A stretch of 63,396 nt of DNA, filler included, from a bacterium (GTDB lineage: Bacteria > JALSQH01): NCBI GenBank assembly GCA_026985515.1. It is 3 parts of 3 records of this genome, joined end to end, with 100 filler letters (N's around TTAATTAATTAA, not from the genome) between each part and the next. Parts side by side here need not be neighbours in the genome. Positions count along the whole stretch, not along the records: positions 1 to 21,174 come from JALSQH010000007.1; positions 21,275 to 42,287 come from JALSQH010000008.1; 1 more part is not named here. One strand, 5' to 3'. Below, piece by piece: positions 18,809 to 29,695 of the stretch. The position numbers were made by a program, and so were the translations under genes. Below the pieces are notes generated by a model. That model worked only from the letters and a program-made list of their open reading frames with translations, searched no databases and was not told the DNA's origin. How positions within the stretch are numbered: position 1 is the stretch's first letter; each line of letters begins with the position of its first letter.

Positions 18809-20914
18809 ATGGTTAGAGGTCAAGTTCAGCTTGAGTTTTTAATTGTTTTCCCTGTGTTACTGTTGGTCATACTTGGAGCAGTTCAATTATCTTTAATAAT
18901 TGCGGCACGCTCCTCTCTCTCCGCTGCTTCATACGCAGTTGCACGGGAAATAATGATGAATCCTGTAAAGGTACTGCATTCAGAAAAGGGTGAAATTTCG
19001 GGTGAAAAATTAAAATTACTGGCAATAAAAAACTTGATTCCTCTTTCTCCGCCTCTGAGTGAAGTGGCTGTTAACTCCTTGGGAAGTGTGGGAGGGTTCT
19101 TAGATTTAAAGAAGGTTGCAGACCTTAAGGAAAAGCTGGGAAATCTTTTTAACCAGCTTAAGAACAGAGGTCCTTCTGAACTTGTTGATGCTCTGGACAG
19201 GGCAATCTATGCGGCAATTTTTACAAAAGTAAAAATTATCCCTCCTGAAAATTTTGATCCCAGGAAAATAAAAGAGGCAGTCAGTAAAGGTGTTTTTAAC
19301 GACATTTCAATACCTTTCCCCTTCGAGGTAACTGTAGACTTTAACTATCCCCTTTTGCCAGTCTTTGGAAAAATTTACTGCACAAAGTTTACCATAAGCA
19401 GGGGAGAAATTGAGGAGAGGGTTGAGGACTGGATTGATGATCAGATGGGAAATGTGAATATGTTTATTTCTGAAAAGGTGGAGGAATACTACTCAAAACT
19501 CCTTACAGGAATTGGAGAGGGGGTAAGGGAATTTTCCGATTCATTTGGAAAGATTGCTAAGAACTTTTCAGATCAGGTCAGCAGTTTCACCTCCGGAATT
19601 GATAATTTAATGGATTCTTTTTCTGGATATGTAACCAGGGTTTCGGGTTATTGTTCTGATCTTACAGCGGTAACTGAAAAAATCCAGTCAAAAATTAATA
19701 CAAAACTTGGGGAAATTGATAGTAAAATCAATGACTTTGAAAATCTCTGTCTTTCTGCGGGAGATGATCAATTTGATACGGTGATTAACAGGTTTAATTC
19801 TGTGGCGGGAGAGATTACCCGGGTTGAGAATGAGATTAAAAGGGGCGTGAGAAGTGTGAAAGGTTATGGCCTGGTGATAAGTAACACTATTGCAGAGGGC
19901 TGTGGTGAGATTGAGAAAATAGAAATTCCTTCAATTCCAGAGTTCAATGTTCCCTCGTGTGAGGAGATAAATTTACCCTGTGATAGGGCAGATATTGATT
20001 TTAAAGATTACTATCCCCCCTCTGTCAGTTACGAAGAGTATATCTCATACTTTGGAACAGGAAGAAAGGTTCTTGATGGTTACAGGAGGATCACATCTTC
20101 GACAGTGAGGGTTATAAACAGAGTTGAGGAGAGAAAGAATGAGATTATTGACATCTGCAGTAAGAGTGTTAATGAGGGGAAGAGGTACTGTGAAATGATT
20201 ACAGATGAGATTGTTGAGGGAGCGAAAAATATCCAGGGATTAAGTGGAAAGGCAAAGGTGTATAAGGGAGAAATCCTCAGGAATTGTGGAAAAATAGGAA
20301 AGGAACTGGACAGCTGGGTGGAGGAAAGTGAGAAAATATCTGCTTCTCTGGATTACGCAGAGAGGGTATCCAGAAGTGTTTATGGAAGAATTGAAGAGTT
20401 CAGAGAAAAAAGAGAAAAATTCTGTTCCATGAGTGCAGGAAAATTAAGGCAATTCAGGAAATTTATTGTCCCTGTTGTTGAAAAAATCAACTCAATGAAT
20501 GGCAGAATTGTCGGGATATGCAGGGATGATGTAGGTGAATTTGTCAAAAAATACCGTAAACTTTCAGGGGGTTACATATCTTTGAAGAAAAGGGTTAATA
20601 GTTATCTGGAAAAAATAAAGAATGTCAATACAGACCCCGTTTCATACCTGGATAATATCTTTCAAAATAAATTGCAGAGCTTCTGGAGCCGGGTGTATGG
20701 GTATGAGAATAGCATTAAAGGAGAGGTAAGGAGTTTCCTTGAGAGAAATATTCCCGATTTTCCACAGTTCAGTGTAGTTGATAAGGATAGATGCAATCCC
20801 TACCTTTACTACCTTGGAATTTATGCTGTGAAACTTTCCTCATCTGAAATTGTTCCGGTTAATTTTGCATCACTTAAAGGGTTAACTGAGGATGAGAGAA
20901 AGAGGATTCATTAA
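18809..20914 (+). CDS. giant TadE-like pseudopilin with a long helical Cys-containing insertion
   Basis: RG|QVQLEF prepilin motif (E+5), hydrophobic helix, SAASYAVAR TadE signature; 701 aa. Confidence 0.75.
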   Translation: MVRGQVQLEFLIVFPVLLLVILGAVQLSLIIAARSSLSAASYAVAREIMMNPVKVLHSEKGEISGEKLKLLAIKNLIPLSPPLSEVAVNSLGSVGGFLDLKKVADLKEKLGNLFNQLKNRGPSELVDALDRAIYAAIFTKVKIIPPENFDPRKIKEAVSKGVFNDISIPFPFEVTVDFNYPLLPVFGKIYCTKFTISRGEIEERVEDWIDDQMGNVNMFISEKVEEYYSKLLTGIGEGVREFSDSFGKIAKNFSDQVSSFTSGIDNLMDSFSGYVTRVSGYCSDLTAVTEKIQSKINTKLGEIDSKINDFENLCLSAGDDQFDTVINRFNSVAGEITRVENEIKRGVRSVKGYGLVISNTIAEGCGEIEKIEIPSIPEFNVPSCEEINLPCDRADIDFKDYYPPSVSYEEYISYFGTGRKVLDGYRRITSSTVRVINRVEERKNEIIDICSKSVNEGKRYCEMITDEIVEGAKNIQGLSGKAKVYKGEILRNCGKIGKELDSWVEESEKISASLDYAERVSRSVYGRIEEFREKREKFCSMSAGKLRQFRKFIVPVVEKINSMNGRIVGICRDDVGEFVKKYRKLSGGYISLKKRVNSYLEKIKNVNTDPVSYLDNIFQNKLQSFWSRVYGYENSIKGEVRSFLERNIPDFPQFSVVDKDRCNPYLYYLGIYAVKLSSSEIVPVNFASLKGLTEDERKRIH

Positions 20915-21174
20915 TGTCTTAGTTGCATTGAGTTTGATTGTTGTGACCTTTGTGGGGTTATGGAGTATGGAGTATATCAGGAGGATAAGACTGGAAAGAG
21001 AATTTCAGAGGAATGTTGACAGGTTAACCCTTGAAGCTTCATCCTATCAGGCTGCGATTCTGAATAGTGTGGCTATCACAAATGATGTAATAATAGGTGG
21101 GGATCTGCTGGCCGGTGTGGTTGCATCTCTCTCAACCGTTGTTGGGATTTTTACTCTTCAGTTAGAAGTGGTTA
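20892..21174 (+). CDS. Tad/TadG-like pilus protein, truncated by the contig end
   Basis: MRERG|FINVLVAL pilin-like N-terminus, FQRNVD...QAAILNSVAITN; overlaps the TadE-like gene. Confidence 0.6.
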
Positions 21175-21274
21175 NNNNNNNNNNNNNNNNNNNNNNNNNN
21201 NNNNNNNNNNNNNNNNNNTTAATTAATTAANNNNNNNNNNNNNNNNNNNNNNNNNNNNNNNNNNNNNNNNNNNN
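21175..21274. other. assembly spacer (contig join)
   Basis: 44 N + TTAATTAATTAA (six-frame stop) + 44 N. Confidence 0.99.
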
Positions 21275-21275
21275 T

Positions 21276-21836
21276 GGTCCCTGTTATGTTATTCAGAAAA
21301 AGACTAAAGAAACTGATGGATATAATGCCATACAGCTTGGTTTTCTGCCCAAGAAGATGCACAGAGTGAATAAACCTCTCAGAGGTCATATGGGGAAGGG
21401 TGGGAGAGGAATGTTTTATTATCTGAGAGAAATAAGACTCACAGACGAAGAGGTTAACAATTATGAGGTGGGTCAGGAAGTAACTCTCGATATATTTGAA
21501 GAGGGTGAATATGTTGATGTGACAGGCAGGTCCAAGGGAAGAGGATTTGCAGGTGTCATGAAAAGATGGAATTTTGGTGGAGGTCGTGCCAGCCACGGAT
21601 CAAAGTTTCACAGGACTCACGGTAGTACGGGAATGTGTGAGCATCCCGGTCGTACATTTAAAGGTACGAGAATGGCTGGACACTATGGAAATGAGAGAGT
21701 AACAATCCAGAATTTGAAAATTGTCGGGAAGGTAAAGGAGAAAAATTACCTTCTCATAAAGGGAGCAATTCCTGGACCGAATAAAGGTCTGGTAATTATA
21801 AAACAATCTGTCAAAAAAGGCGGGGCTAAAAAATGA
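21276..21836 (+). CDS. rplC: 50S ribosomal protein L3 (5' truncated)
   Basis: GPCYVIQKKT...DGYNAIQLG, SKGRGFAGVMKRWNF, MAGHYG. Confidence 0.97.
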   Translation, partial: GPCYVIQKKTKETDGYNAIQLGFLPKKMHRVNKPLRGHMGKGGRGMFYYLREIRLTDEEVNNYEVGQEVTLDIFEEGEYVDVTGRSKGRGFAGVMKRWNFGGGRASHGSKFHRTHGSTGMCEHPGRTFKGTRMAGHYGNERVTIQNLKIVGKVKEKNYLLIKGAIPGPNKGLVIIKQSVKKGGAKK

Positions 21837-22450
21837 AAGCGGATCTTTACAATCAGCAGAAAGAGAAGGTTGGTGAAGTTGAGCTTAAAGAAACAGTTTT
21901 CAATGAGCCGAGAAAACTCAGCATAGTTCATGAATATGTCCGCTGGTTGCTTGCGAGAAAAAGAGCTGGAACAGCCAGCACCAAAACAAGAGGAGAAGTA
22001 AGGGGTGGTGGTAGAAAGCCCTGGAGACAGAAAGGTACAGGAAGAGCAAGACATGGATCCATAAGATCACCCATCTGGAGAGGTGGAGGAGTTGTTTTTG
22101 GTCCTAAACCAAGAGATTACGCTTTTGATTTACCTAAGAAAGTGAGAAGAAAGGCACTCAGAATAGCTCTCTCTGATAGATTCAGGGAAGGAAGAATTTA
22201 TTTTCTTGATAAGATAGAGTTACCCAGGATAAAGACAAAGGATGCTTACGAAATATTGAAGAGATTTGATGCGCTAAATACATTGATTGTGATAGGTGAC
22301 AGAAATGAAGTTTTAATCAAATCTTTCAGGAACATACCAAAAGTAGATGTTTTGAGGTGGGATGAAATCAATGCATATGAAATTTTGAAGAAAAAATATA
22401 TAATGATAACACGTGATGCACTTGATAAAATACAGGAACGGTGGGGTTAG
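21833..22450 (+). CDS. rplD: 50S ribosomal protein L4
   Basis: TKTRGEVRGGGRKPWRQKGTGRAR. Confidence 0.99.
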   Translation: MKADLYNQQKEKVGEVELKETVFNEPRKLSIVHEYVRWLLARKRAGTASTKTRGEVRGGGRKPWRQKGTGRARHGSIRSPIWRGGGVVFGPKPRDYAFDLPKKVRRKALRIALSDRFREGRIYFLDKIELPRIKTKDAYEILKRFDALNTLIVIGDRNEVLIKSFRNIPKVDVLRWDEINAYEILKKKYIMITRDALDKIQERWG

Positions 22451-22453
22451 AAA

Positions 22454-22750
22454 ATGGATGAGAAAAGGTTATATCAGATTATCAAAAGGCCCATAGTTAC
22501 TGAAAAGGTGATGAGATTGAGGGAAAAAAAGAATATTGTGGCCTTTGAGGTTGACATAAATGCCAACAAAAAAGAGATAAAAGAAGCTGTTGAAAAGATA
22601 TTCAAAGTTAAAGTGAAAAAAGTCAGGACCATGATTGTCAGAGGCAAAAAGGTCAGAAGAGGGTGGGTCGAAGGAAAGAGGCCCAACTGGAAGAAAGCTT
22701 ACATTGAGCTTCAGGAAGGTGATAGAATCGAGTATTTTGAAGGTGCGTAA
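22454..22750 (+). CDS. rplW: 50S ribosomal protein L23
   Basis: PIVTEK, ANKKEIKEAVE, WKKAYIEL. Confidence 0.98.
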   Translation: MDEKRLYQIIKRPIVTEKVMRLREKKNIVAFEVDINANKKEIKEAVEKIFKVKVKKVRTMIVRGKKVRRGWVEGKRPNWKKAYIELQEGDRIEYFEGA

Positions 22751-22765
22751 AAAGGGGAAAAGAAA

Positions 22766-23596
22766 ATGGGAGTAAAGAGTTTTAAGCCTGTGACACCAGG
22801 CAGAAGATTTATGACAGTTTCAGATTTTTCTGAGATAACAACAGATAAACCATACAAACCTCTTCTTGTTCCTCTCAAAAAGACTGGAGGAAGGAATAAT
22901 TACGGCAGGATCACCGTCAGACACAGGGGCGGTGGTCACAAGAGAATGTACAGAATAATAGATTTCAAAAGGGATAAGATTGATATCCCTGCAAGGGTAC
23001 TTACCATTGAGTATGATCCCAATCGTTCAGCAAGAATTGCCCTTGTTGTTTATGCCGACGGTGAAAAGAGGTACATCATTGCTCCTCATGGATTGAAAGT
23101 GGGTGATACCATAATTTCCAGCGAAAATGCTGAAATTAAGGTTGGTAATACTCTTCCTCTGAAAAATATTCCGGTGGGAACAATCATACACAACGTGGAA
23201 CTCCACATTGGAAAGGGTGGTCAGCTGGCAAGAGCTGCCGGTGCCTATGCCCAGATAGTTGGTAAGGAAGGAAATTATGCACTTATAAAACTCCCCTCGG
23301 GAGAATTAAGAAAAGTTCATTTGAATTGTAAAGCCACTATTGGTCAGGTAGGGAATCTGGATCATGAGAATATTGTGATTGGAAAAGCGGGAAGAAGCAG
23401 ATGGCTTGGAATCAGACCCACTGTCAGAGGAGTTGCAATGAATCCTGTTGATCACCCCCATGGAGGAGGAGAGGGTAAGCAGAAGGGTTACCCATATCCA
23501 ATGACTCCCTGGGGTAAAAATTGTAAAGGTAAAAAGACGAGACACAATAAGCGAACTGATAAGTTTATTGTGAAGAGAAGGGAAAAGAGGAGATAA
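22766..23596 (+). CDS. rplB: 50S ribosomal protein L2
   Basis: [29 protein letters not shown]. Confidence 0.99.
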   Translation: MGVKSFKPVTPGRRFMTVSDFSEITTDKPYKPLLVPLKKTGGRNNYGRITVRHRGGGHKRMYRIIDFKRDKIDIPARVLTIEYDPNRSARIALVVYADGEKRYIIAPHGLKVGDTIISSENAEIKVGNTLPLKNIPVGTIIHNVELHIGKGGQLARAAGAYAQIVGKEGNYALIKLPSGELRKVHLNCKATIGQVGNLDHENIVIGKAGRSRWLGIRPTVRGVAMNPVDHPHGGGEGKQKGYPYPMTPWGKNCKGKKTRHNKRTDKFIVKRREKRR

Positions 23597-23599
23597 AAA

Positions 23600-23881
23600 A
23601 TGGCAAGGTCACTTAAGAAAGGGCCCTTTGTTGATGATCATCTTATGAAAAAGGTTTTGAAAGCAAAGGAGACTGGAGATAGAAGACCGATAAAGACCTG
23701 GTCCCGCAGATCAACCATTGTGCCAGAGATGATAGGACTTACAATCGCTGTTCATAATGGGAGAGATTTTGTGCCCGTTTTTATTACTGAGGCGATGGTG
23801 GGTCATAAACTTGGTGAATTCGCGCCTACAAGGACCTTCAGAGGCCACGCCGGTGATAGAAAGAAAAAAGGTAAGAAATAG
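23600..23881 (+). CDS. rpsS: 30S ribosomal protein S19
   Basis: [23 protein letters not shown]. Confidence 0.99.
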   Translation: MARSLKKGPFVDDHLMKKVLKAKETGDRRPIKTWSRRSTIVPEMIGLTIAVHNGRDFVPVFITEAMVGHKLGEFAPTRTFRGHAGDRKKKGKK

Positions 23882-23892
23882 AGAGGGTTAAA

Positions 23893-24231
23893 ATGCCAGA
23901 GGTTAGAGCAGTTGGAAGGTACATAAGAATTGCACCGAGAAAAGCCAGACTTGTTGCTGATCTGGTGAGGGGAAAAGATGTTGAGGAAGCTCTTGCTATT
24001 CTGCAGGTGACAAACAAGAAGGCAGCTCCAATAATAGCCAAGATTATAAAGTCTGCTGTGGCCAATGCAATTGATAAAGGTGGATTTGATATTGATAATC
24101 TCTATATAAAGCGTATTTTTGTTGATGAGGGTCCACGACTTAAGAGGTTTCAACCCTCCTATGGTGGCAGGGTTAACCTCAGATTGAAGAGATACTCCCA
24201 TATAACAGTTATACTGGACGAAAGACTGTAA
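23893..24231 (+). CDS. rplV: 50S ribosomal protein L22
   Basis: PRKARLVADLVRG, SAVANA, SHITV. Confidence 0.98.
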   Translation: MPEVRAVGRYIRIAPRKARLVADLVRGKDVEEALAILQVTNKKAAPIIAKIIKSAVANAIDKGGFDIDNLYIKRIFVDEGPRLKRFQPSYGGRVNLRLKRYSHITVILDERL

Positions 24232-24245
24232 GAAGGAGGTTTGTT

Positions 24246-24917
24246 TTGGGACAGAAAGTTCATCCAATTGGATTCAGGCTTGGAGTTATTAAGACCTGGG
24301 ATTCAAAATGGTTTGCTGAGGGAAAAACATACAGAGAACTTCTTCATGAAGATTTTAAGATAAGAGAGTATATAAAAAACAGACTTAAAAGGGCGGAAAT
24401 TTCCAGAATTGAAATTGCAAGGAGGGAAGAGTCTGACGTTGTAACGGTGACCATTCACACGGCGAGGCCGGGTTATGTCATAGGTAAAAAGGGACAGGAG
24501 CAGGAAGCACTGAGAAATGCCCTCCAGAGCATGTTTAACAGAAAATTTCAGATAGAAGTTAAAGATATCAAGAAGCCAGAGATGGATGCCCAGATTGTAG
24601 CTGAGAGAGTGGCCTTTATGATTGAGAGGAGAGGCAATTATCGTAGAATAATGAAGAAAGCCGTCAGTGATGCAATGAGAGTGGGTGCCCAGGGTGTAAA
24701 AGTTATGGTAGCTGGAAGATTGGGTGGAGCGGATATGAAGAGAAGAGAGTGGATCAGAGAGGGTAGAGTTCCTCTTCAGACTCTGAGAGCTGATATAGAT
24801 TATGGATTTGCTGAAGCCTTTACAACATATGGTGTGATTGGTGTGAAGGTCTGGATTTTTAAAGGTGAGGTTATTCCTTCCGGGAAAGAGGAAGCAGAAG
24901 TTGAAAGGTTAATCTAA
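24246..24917 (+). CDS. rpsC: 30S ribosomal protein S3
   Basis: [27 protein letters not shown]. Confidence 0.99.
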   Translation: MGQKVHPIGFRLGVIKTWDSKWFAEGKTYRELLHEDFKIREYIKNRLKRAEISRIEIARREESDVVTVTIHTARPGYVIGKKGQEQEALRNALQSMFNRKFQIEVKDIKKPEMDAQIVAERVAFMIERRGNYRRIMKKAVSDAMRVGAQGVKVMVAGRLGGADMKRREWIREGRVPLQTLRADIDYGFAEAFTTYGVIGVKVWIFKGEVIPSGKEEAEVERLI

Positions 24918-24936
24918 TCTAAAAAGTGAGGAGCAG

Positions 24937-25356
24937 ATGTTACAGCCCAGGAAAGTTAAACACAGAAAACAGCAAAAGGGAAGGATAAAAGGAATTGCCC
25001 ACAGAGGGAACACACTGGCATTTGGTAAGTACGGGTTACAGGCTCTTGAAGCTGGCTGGATCACTGCGAGACAGATTGAGGCTGGAAGAATTGCAATGGT
25101 GAGGAAGGCTAAAAGAGGTGCGAGAATCTGGATCAGGATTTTTCCTGATAAGCCCATTACCAAAAAACCTGCTGAGACAAGAATGGGTAAAGGTAAGGGA
25201 AATGTTGAATACTGGGTCGCTGTTGTGAAACCCGGAAAGATAATTTATGAAATAGACGGTGTGGCTGATGATGTGATGATTGAGGCTCTCAGAAGGGCAG
25301 GGCACAAGATGCCCGTAAAATGTAAAATTGTAAGTCTGGAAGAGGAAGGGATATAA
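24937..25356 (+). CDS. rplP: 50S ribosomal protein L16
   Basis: [24 protein letters not shown]. Confidence 0.99.
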   Translation: MLQPRKVKHRKQQKGRIKGIAHRGNTLAFGKYGLQALEAGWITARQIEAGRIAMVRKAKRGARIWIRIFPDKPITKKPAETRMGKGKGNVEYWVAVVKPGKIIYEIDGVADDVMIEALRRAGHKMPVKCKIVSLEEEGI

Positions 25357-25559
25357 TGAAGGCGTCAGAACTGAGAGAATTAACAGACAGAGAACTTGAA
25401 ATGAAAGAGGCTGAATTAAGAGAAGAACTGTTTCATTTGAAGATCAAGAAGAAAATGGGTGAACTTGAAGATGTAACGAAGATAAGAAAAATTAAAAGGG
25501 ATATTGCGAGAATCCTCACAATTCTCAATGAAAGAAGAAGGAAAGGTGAGGCAAAATGA
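25356..25559 (+). CDS. rpmC: 50S ribosomal protein L29
   Basis: MKASELRE...KRDIARILT. Confidence 0.97.
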   Translation: MKASELRELTDRELEMKEAELREELFHLKIKKKMGELEDVTKIRKIKRDIARILTILNERRRKGEAK

Positions 25560-25828
25560 GTGAGAAAAAAATCCGGAGAAAAACATTTGTCGGTGTGGTT
25601 GTGAGTGACAAGATGGATAAAACGGTGGTGGTGCAGGTTGAAAGGCTCGTTCAGCATCCCAGGTTCAAGAAGTATGTGAAAAAGAGAAAAAAGTATATGG
25701 CCCATGATGAGGAAAATAAATGCAGAGTGGGGGATAAAGTCCTCATTAGGGAAACAAGACCCCTCAGCAGACATAAAAGGTGGAGAGTTGTAGAGATACT
25801 TGAGAGAAGAGTAAAAGAAGGTGAATAA
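25556..25828 (+). CDS. rpsQ: 30S ribosomal protein S17
   Basis: [22 protein letters not shown]. Confidence 0.99.
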   Translation: MSEKKIRRKTFVGVVVSDKMDKTVVVQVERLVQHPRFKKYVKKRKKYMAHDEENKCRVGDKVLIRETRPLSRHKRWRVVEILERRVKEGE

Positions 25829-25851
25829 AATCCCAGGCAGGAGAAGCTAAG

Positions 25852-26220
25852 ATGATCCAGATGGAAACGATACTCGATGTGGCTGATAATTCAGGTGCCA
25901 GAAAGGTGAAGTGCATAAGGGTGCTTGGAGCCTCCAATAGAAGATATGCTTCACTGGGTGATGTTATTGTGGCTTCAGTTGTTGATGTAGCACCTGGTTC
26001 CAAAGTGAAAAAGGGTGATGTTGTGCGAGCTGTGGTGGTCAGGACAAGGAAGGAAGTGAGAAGACCAGATGGTACCTATATCAGATTTGATACGAATTCT
26101 GCGGTCCTGATAAATAAACAGAATGAACCTATTGGAACCCGTATTTTTGGCCCCGTAGCGAGAGAGTTGAGGGCGAAAAACTTCATGAAAATCATTTCCC
26201 TGGCGCCGGAGGTGCTTTAA
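25852..26220 (+). CDS. rplN: 50S ribosomal protein L14
   Basis: [19 protein letters not shown]. Confidence 0.99.
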   Translation: MIQMETILDVADNSGARKVKCIRVLGASNRRYASLGDVIVASVVDVAPGSKVKKGDVVRAVVVRTRKEVRRPDGTYIRFDTNSAVLINKQNEPIGTRIFGPVARELRAKNFMKIISLAPEVL

Positions 26221-26221
26221 G

Positions 26222-26569
26222 ATGGCAAATAAGAAGAAAAAGAGGGTAAAGCTGCATGTAAAAAAGGGTGATCTGGTTCAGGTTATCGCTGGAAAGGATA
26301 AGGGTAAGAGGGGTAGAATTAAAAAGGTTTTCCCCTCTGAGATGAGGGTAATAGTTGAGAAAGTTAACATGGTAAAGAAACACCAGAGGCCCACTGATAA
26401 ATATCCTCAGGGTGGAATTATTGAAAAGGAAGCGTCAATTCATGTTTCCAATGTTATGATAGTTTGTGAAAATTGTGGCAGACCGGTCAGAACAAGGAAG
26501 AAGATTCTCCCGGATGGTACCAAAGTAAGGGTTTGCGTCAGGTGCGGAGAAATTCTCGACAGGACATAA
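26222..26569 (+). CDS. rplX: 50S ribosomal protein L24
   Basis: [22 protein letters not shown]. Confidence 0.99.
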   Translation: MANKKKKRVKLHVKKGDLVQVIAGKDKGKRGRIKKVFPSEMRVIVEKVNMVKKHQRPTDKYPQGGIIEKEASIHVSNVMIVCENCGRPVRTRKKILPDGTKVRVCVRCGEILDRT

Positions 26570-26575
26570 TGGAGG

Positions 26576-27130
26576 ATGAATAAAATGGTCCCCAGATTAA
26601 AAAAATATTATTATGAAACCGTTGTGCCTGAAATGATGAAAGAGTTTGGTTATAAGAACATCATGGAGGTACCCCGTCTTGTGAAAATAGTGGTGAATAT
26701 GGGGCTTGGAGAGGCGATTCATGATGGTAAGCTTTTAGACGCAATGAGTGAAGACCTTGCCCTCATCACTGGACAAAAACCCGTAATTACAAGGGCGAGA
26801 AAATCAATATCCAATTTTAAATTGAGGGAGGGTATGGCTATTGGTTTAAAGGTTACTCTCAGAAGAGATTATATGTGGGAATTCTACGACAGGCTTGTGA
26901 ATGTTGCTCTCCCGAGAACGAGGGATTTCAGGGGAGTATCCCCCAGGGCATTTGATGGACATGGAAACTATACTCTTGGAATAAGAGAACATATTATTTT
27001 CCCTGAAATCAATTATGATAAGGTGTACAAGATAAAGGGAATGAATATAACCATTGTGACATCAGCGGAGACTGATGAAGAGGCGAAAGCCCTTCTTGAT
27101 AAACTTGGTATGCCTTTTAGAAGAAGTTAA
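26576..27130 (+). CDS. rplE: 50S ribosomal protein L5
   Basis: ITGQKP, FKLREG, RDFRG, FPEI. Confidence 0.99.
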   Translation: MNKMVPRLKKYYYETVVPEMMKEFGYKNIMEVPRLVKIVVNMGLGEAIHDGKLLDAMSEDLALITGQKPVITRARKSISNFKLREGMAIGLKVTLRRDYMWEFYDRLVNVALPRTRDFRGVSPRAFDGHGNYTLGIREHIIFPEINYDKVYKIKGMNITIVTSAETDEEAKALLDKLGMPFRRS

Positions 27131-27142
27131 AGGAGGTTTAAC

Positions 27143-27328
27143 TTGGCGAGGAAAGCACTGGTAGTTAAGGCTCAGAGGGAACCTAAATTTAAGGTCAGGA
27201 AGTACAACAGGTGTCCCATCTGCGGTAGGCCGAGGGGATATTTGAGGGATTTTGGAATGTGCAGAATTTGTTTCAGAAAGTATGCATCAAGGGGATTGAT
27301 CCCCGGAGTACGCAAGGCAAGCTGGTAG
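27143..27328 (+). CDS. rpsN: 30S ribosomal protein S14 (Zn-binding type)
   Basis: [10 protein letters not shown]...MCRICFR, 61 aa. Confidence 0.98.
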   Translation: MARKALVVKAQREPKFKVRKYNRCPICGRPRGYLRDFGMCRICFRKYASRGLIPGVRKASW

Positions 27329-27337
27329 GAGGATGCT

Positions 27338-27751
27338 ATGGTAACGGATCCAATAGCTGATATGCTTACAATAATAAGAAATGGTTTGCAGGCAAGGAAA
27401 AAGGATGTTGTTGTTCCTGCATCAAACTTAAAAAGGGCAATCCTTCAGATTCTGAAGGATGAGGGATATATTGAGGATTTTCAGGAGTTCTCTGTACCAA
27501 CAAGAAAGGGCGAGCAGGGGAAAAAACTCAGATTTCAGATTTTCCTCAAATACTTTAACGGGAAGCCGGTTATTGCTCACATTGAAAGACTCAGCAAGCC
27601 TGGAAGAAGGGTTTATGTTTCTGTTGATGAGATTCCCAGAGTGAGAAATGGACTTGGAATTGCTATTTTATCCACATCAAAGGGAGTTATGACTGATAAG
27701 CAGGCAAGGAAAGAGAGAGTTGGTGGTGAATTACTCTGTATAGTGTGGTAA
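27338..27751 (+). CDS. rpsH: 30S ribosomal protein S8
   Basis: [26 protein letters not shown]. Confidence 0.99.
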   Translation: MVTDPIADMLTIIRNGLQARKKDVVVPASNLKRAILQILKDEGYIEDFQEFSVPTRKGEQGKKLRFQIFLKYFNGKPVIAHIERLSKPGRRVYVSVDEIPRVRNGLGIAILSTSKGVMTDKQARKERVGGELLCIVW

Positions 27752-27765
27752 ACAGGAGATAAAAA

Positions 27766-28335
27766 ATGGCAAGATATGGGAAAATACCTGTGAAAATTCC
27801 TGAGAAGGTTAATGTAACAGTTGAGGGAAGATTGATAAAAGTGAAGGGTCCCAAAGGTGAATTGTCCTGGGAGCATCCGGAAGGAGTCAATGTTGTGGTT
27901 GATAATGGGGAGGTCCGGGTAAAGATCAATGATGAGAGAAATAAACAGTTGCTTGCATATCAGGGTTTAACAAGGAGCCTTATCAATAACATGGTTAAAG
28001 GAGTAACGGAGGGTTTTGTAAAAGAACTTTACCTTGTTGGTACGATTTACAATGCACAGATGAGGGGAAGGAAACTTGTAATGTCCCTTGGGTATTCCCA
28101 TCCTGTTGAGTATGAACCTCCGCAGGGAATTGAACTGGAAGTGGAACCGGCTCAATTTTCCATTAATAATCAGAAGGTTATGATAATCAGAGTTAAGGGA
28201 ATTGATAAACAACTTGTGGGTCAGGTAGCGGCAATCATAAGAGGATTCAGGGAACCGGATAATTACAAGGGCAAAGGTATCAGATATAGTGATGAAAGGT
28301 TGATTCTGAAGGAAGGCAAGAAGTCGAAAAAATAG
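27766..28335 (+). CDS. rplF: 50S ribosomal protein L6
   Basis: KGPKGEL, LGYSHP, YKGKGIRY. Confidence 0.98.
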   Translation: MARYGKIPVKIPEKVNVTVEGRLIKVKGPKGELSWEHPEGVNVVVDNGEVRVKINDERNKQLLAYQGLTRSLINNMVKGVTEGFVKELYLVGTIYNAQMRGRKLVMSLGYSHPVEYEPPQGIELEVEPAQFSINNQKVMIIRVKGIDKQLVGQVAAIIRGFREPDNYKGKGIRYSDERLILKEGKKSKK

Positions 28336-28347
28336 TGAGGTTGTAAG

Positions 28348-28716
28348 ATGCTGAGCAAGAAGGAAAGAAAAAATAAGAGATTGAGAAGGAAGATCAGAAT
28401 CAGAAAGAAGATCAGGGGTACTGCTGAAAGACCAAGGCTTACAGTTTATAAGAGTCTGAAGTATATTTATGCTCAGATCATCAATGATGAAGAGGGCAGA
28501 ACCCTTGTTTCAGCATCCACCCTGGAAAAGGATTTAAGGGAGAAGCTACCCTCCACCAAAGATATTAATGCGGCCAGAGTGGTGGGAGAGCTGATAACGA
28601 AAAGGGCGCTGGAAAAGGGAATTGAAAAGGTCGTTTTTGACAGAAATGGTTACAAATATCATGGCAGGGTAAAAGCTCTTGCAGATGCTGCAAGAGAGGC
28701 TGGTTTAAAGTTTTAA
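28348..28716 (+). CDS. rplR: 50S ribosomal protein L18
   Basis: [21 protein letters not shown]. Confidence 0.99.
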   Translation: MLSKKERKNKRLRRKIRIRKKIRGTAERPRLTVYKSLKYIYAQIINDEEGRTLVSASTLEKDLREKLPSTKDINAARVVGELITKRALEKGIEKVVFDRNGYKYHGRVKALADAAREAGLKF

Positions 28717-28732
28717 GAGGAGGTGACTGAAA

Positions 28733-29236
28733 TTGGCTTTTGAAAGGTTGAGAGAGGATGAGTGGATAGAGAAAACTGTTCAGATAAGAAGAGTAGCGAA
28801 GGTTGTTGCCGGCGGTCGTAGATTTAATTTTTCTGTTCTCGTGGTGGTTGGTGATGGTAAAGGAAGGGTTGGTGTTGGGCTTGGAAAGGCAAGACAGGTT
28901 CCTGATGCGGTGAGGAAGGCTGTGGCAGATGCGAAGAAGAATATAATCGAGGTTCCCATTATAAATGATACCATTCCCCATGAGGTCATCGGGCATTTCA
29001 AGGCAAGCAAGGTTCTGCTAAAGCCCGCCAGTCCAGGTACAGGAGTTATAGCAGGAAGCACAGTGCGTGCAGTTGTTGAGGCAGCAGGAATAAAGAATAT
29101 ACTTACCAAAAGCCTGGGATCCAACAATCCCCAGAATCTTGTTAAAGCTGTTATTGATGGATTTTTGCAGCTGGAATCACCGGAGTATGTTGCAAAGAAA
29201 AGAGGTAAAAAGGTTGAGGAAATTTTAGGGGAATAG
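28733..29236 (+). CDS. rpsE: 30S ribosomal protein S5
   Basis: [23 protein letters not shown]. Confidence 0.99.
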   Translation: MAFERLREDEWIEKTVQIRRVAKVVAGGRRFNFSVLVVVGDGKGRVGVGLGKARQVPDAVRKAVADAKKNIIEVPIINDTIPHEVIGHFKASKVLLKPASPGTGVIAGSTVRAVVEAAGIKNILTKSLGSNNPQNLVKAVIDGFLQLESPEYVAKKRGKKVEEILGE

Positions 29237-29245
29237 GAGGATTAA

Positions 29246-29695
29246 ATGGAACTCTATGAATTAAGGCCGTTTCCCGGTTCAAGGCATAAAAGAAAGAGAG
29301 TTGGGAGGGGAGAGTCTTCCGGCTGGGGAAAGACGGCTGGAAGGGGACACAAGGGTCAGAATGCACGGTCGGGAGGTGGAGTTCCACCTGATTTTGAAGG
29401 TGGTCAGATGCCTTTAAAAAGGAGACTCCCCAAATTTGGGTTCAGTAATGCTCTTTTCAGGAAGGAATATGCTGAAGTGAATGTTGAGAAGCTTAACAGA
29501 TTTGAAGATGGGACAGTCGTTGATCCCGAACTTCTTCTGCAGACAGGAATTGTTAAAAAGATGAAGGATGGTATCAAGATCCTTGGAAAGGGAGAACTGA
29601 AGAGGAAACTCACAGTAAAGGCACACAAATTTTCAAAAGGTGCCAGGGAGAAAATTTTATCTGCAGGTGGTAGCATAGAGGAGATCCAGCAGTAA
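29246..29695 (+). CDS. rplO: 50S ribosomal protein L15
   Basis: [20 protein letters not shown]. Confidence 0.99.
   Translation: MELYELRPFPGSRHKRKRVGRGESSGWGKTAGRGHKGQNARSGGGVPPDFEGGQMPLKRRLPKFGFSNALFRKEYAEVNVEKLNRFEDGTVVDPELLLQTGIVKKMKDGIKILGKGELKRKLTVKAHKFSKGAREKILSAGGSIEEIQQ

Noticed and set aside
18548-18823. 91-aa minus-strand ORF across repeat copy A
   Set aside because: The frame is not preserved in copy B (stop and indels) and it has no SD
21175-21274. TTAATTAATTAA palindrome within N runs (also 42288-42387)
   Set aside because: Artificial six-frame-stop linker; adjacency of tad with rplC and of trp with fadL is not biological
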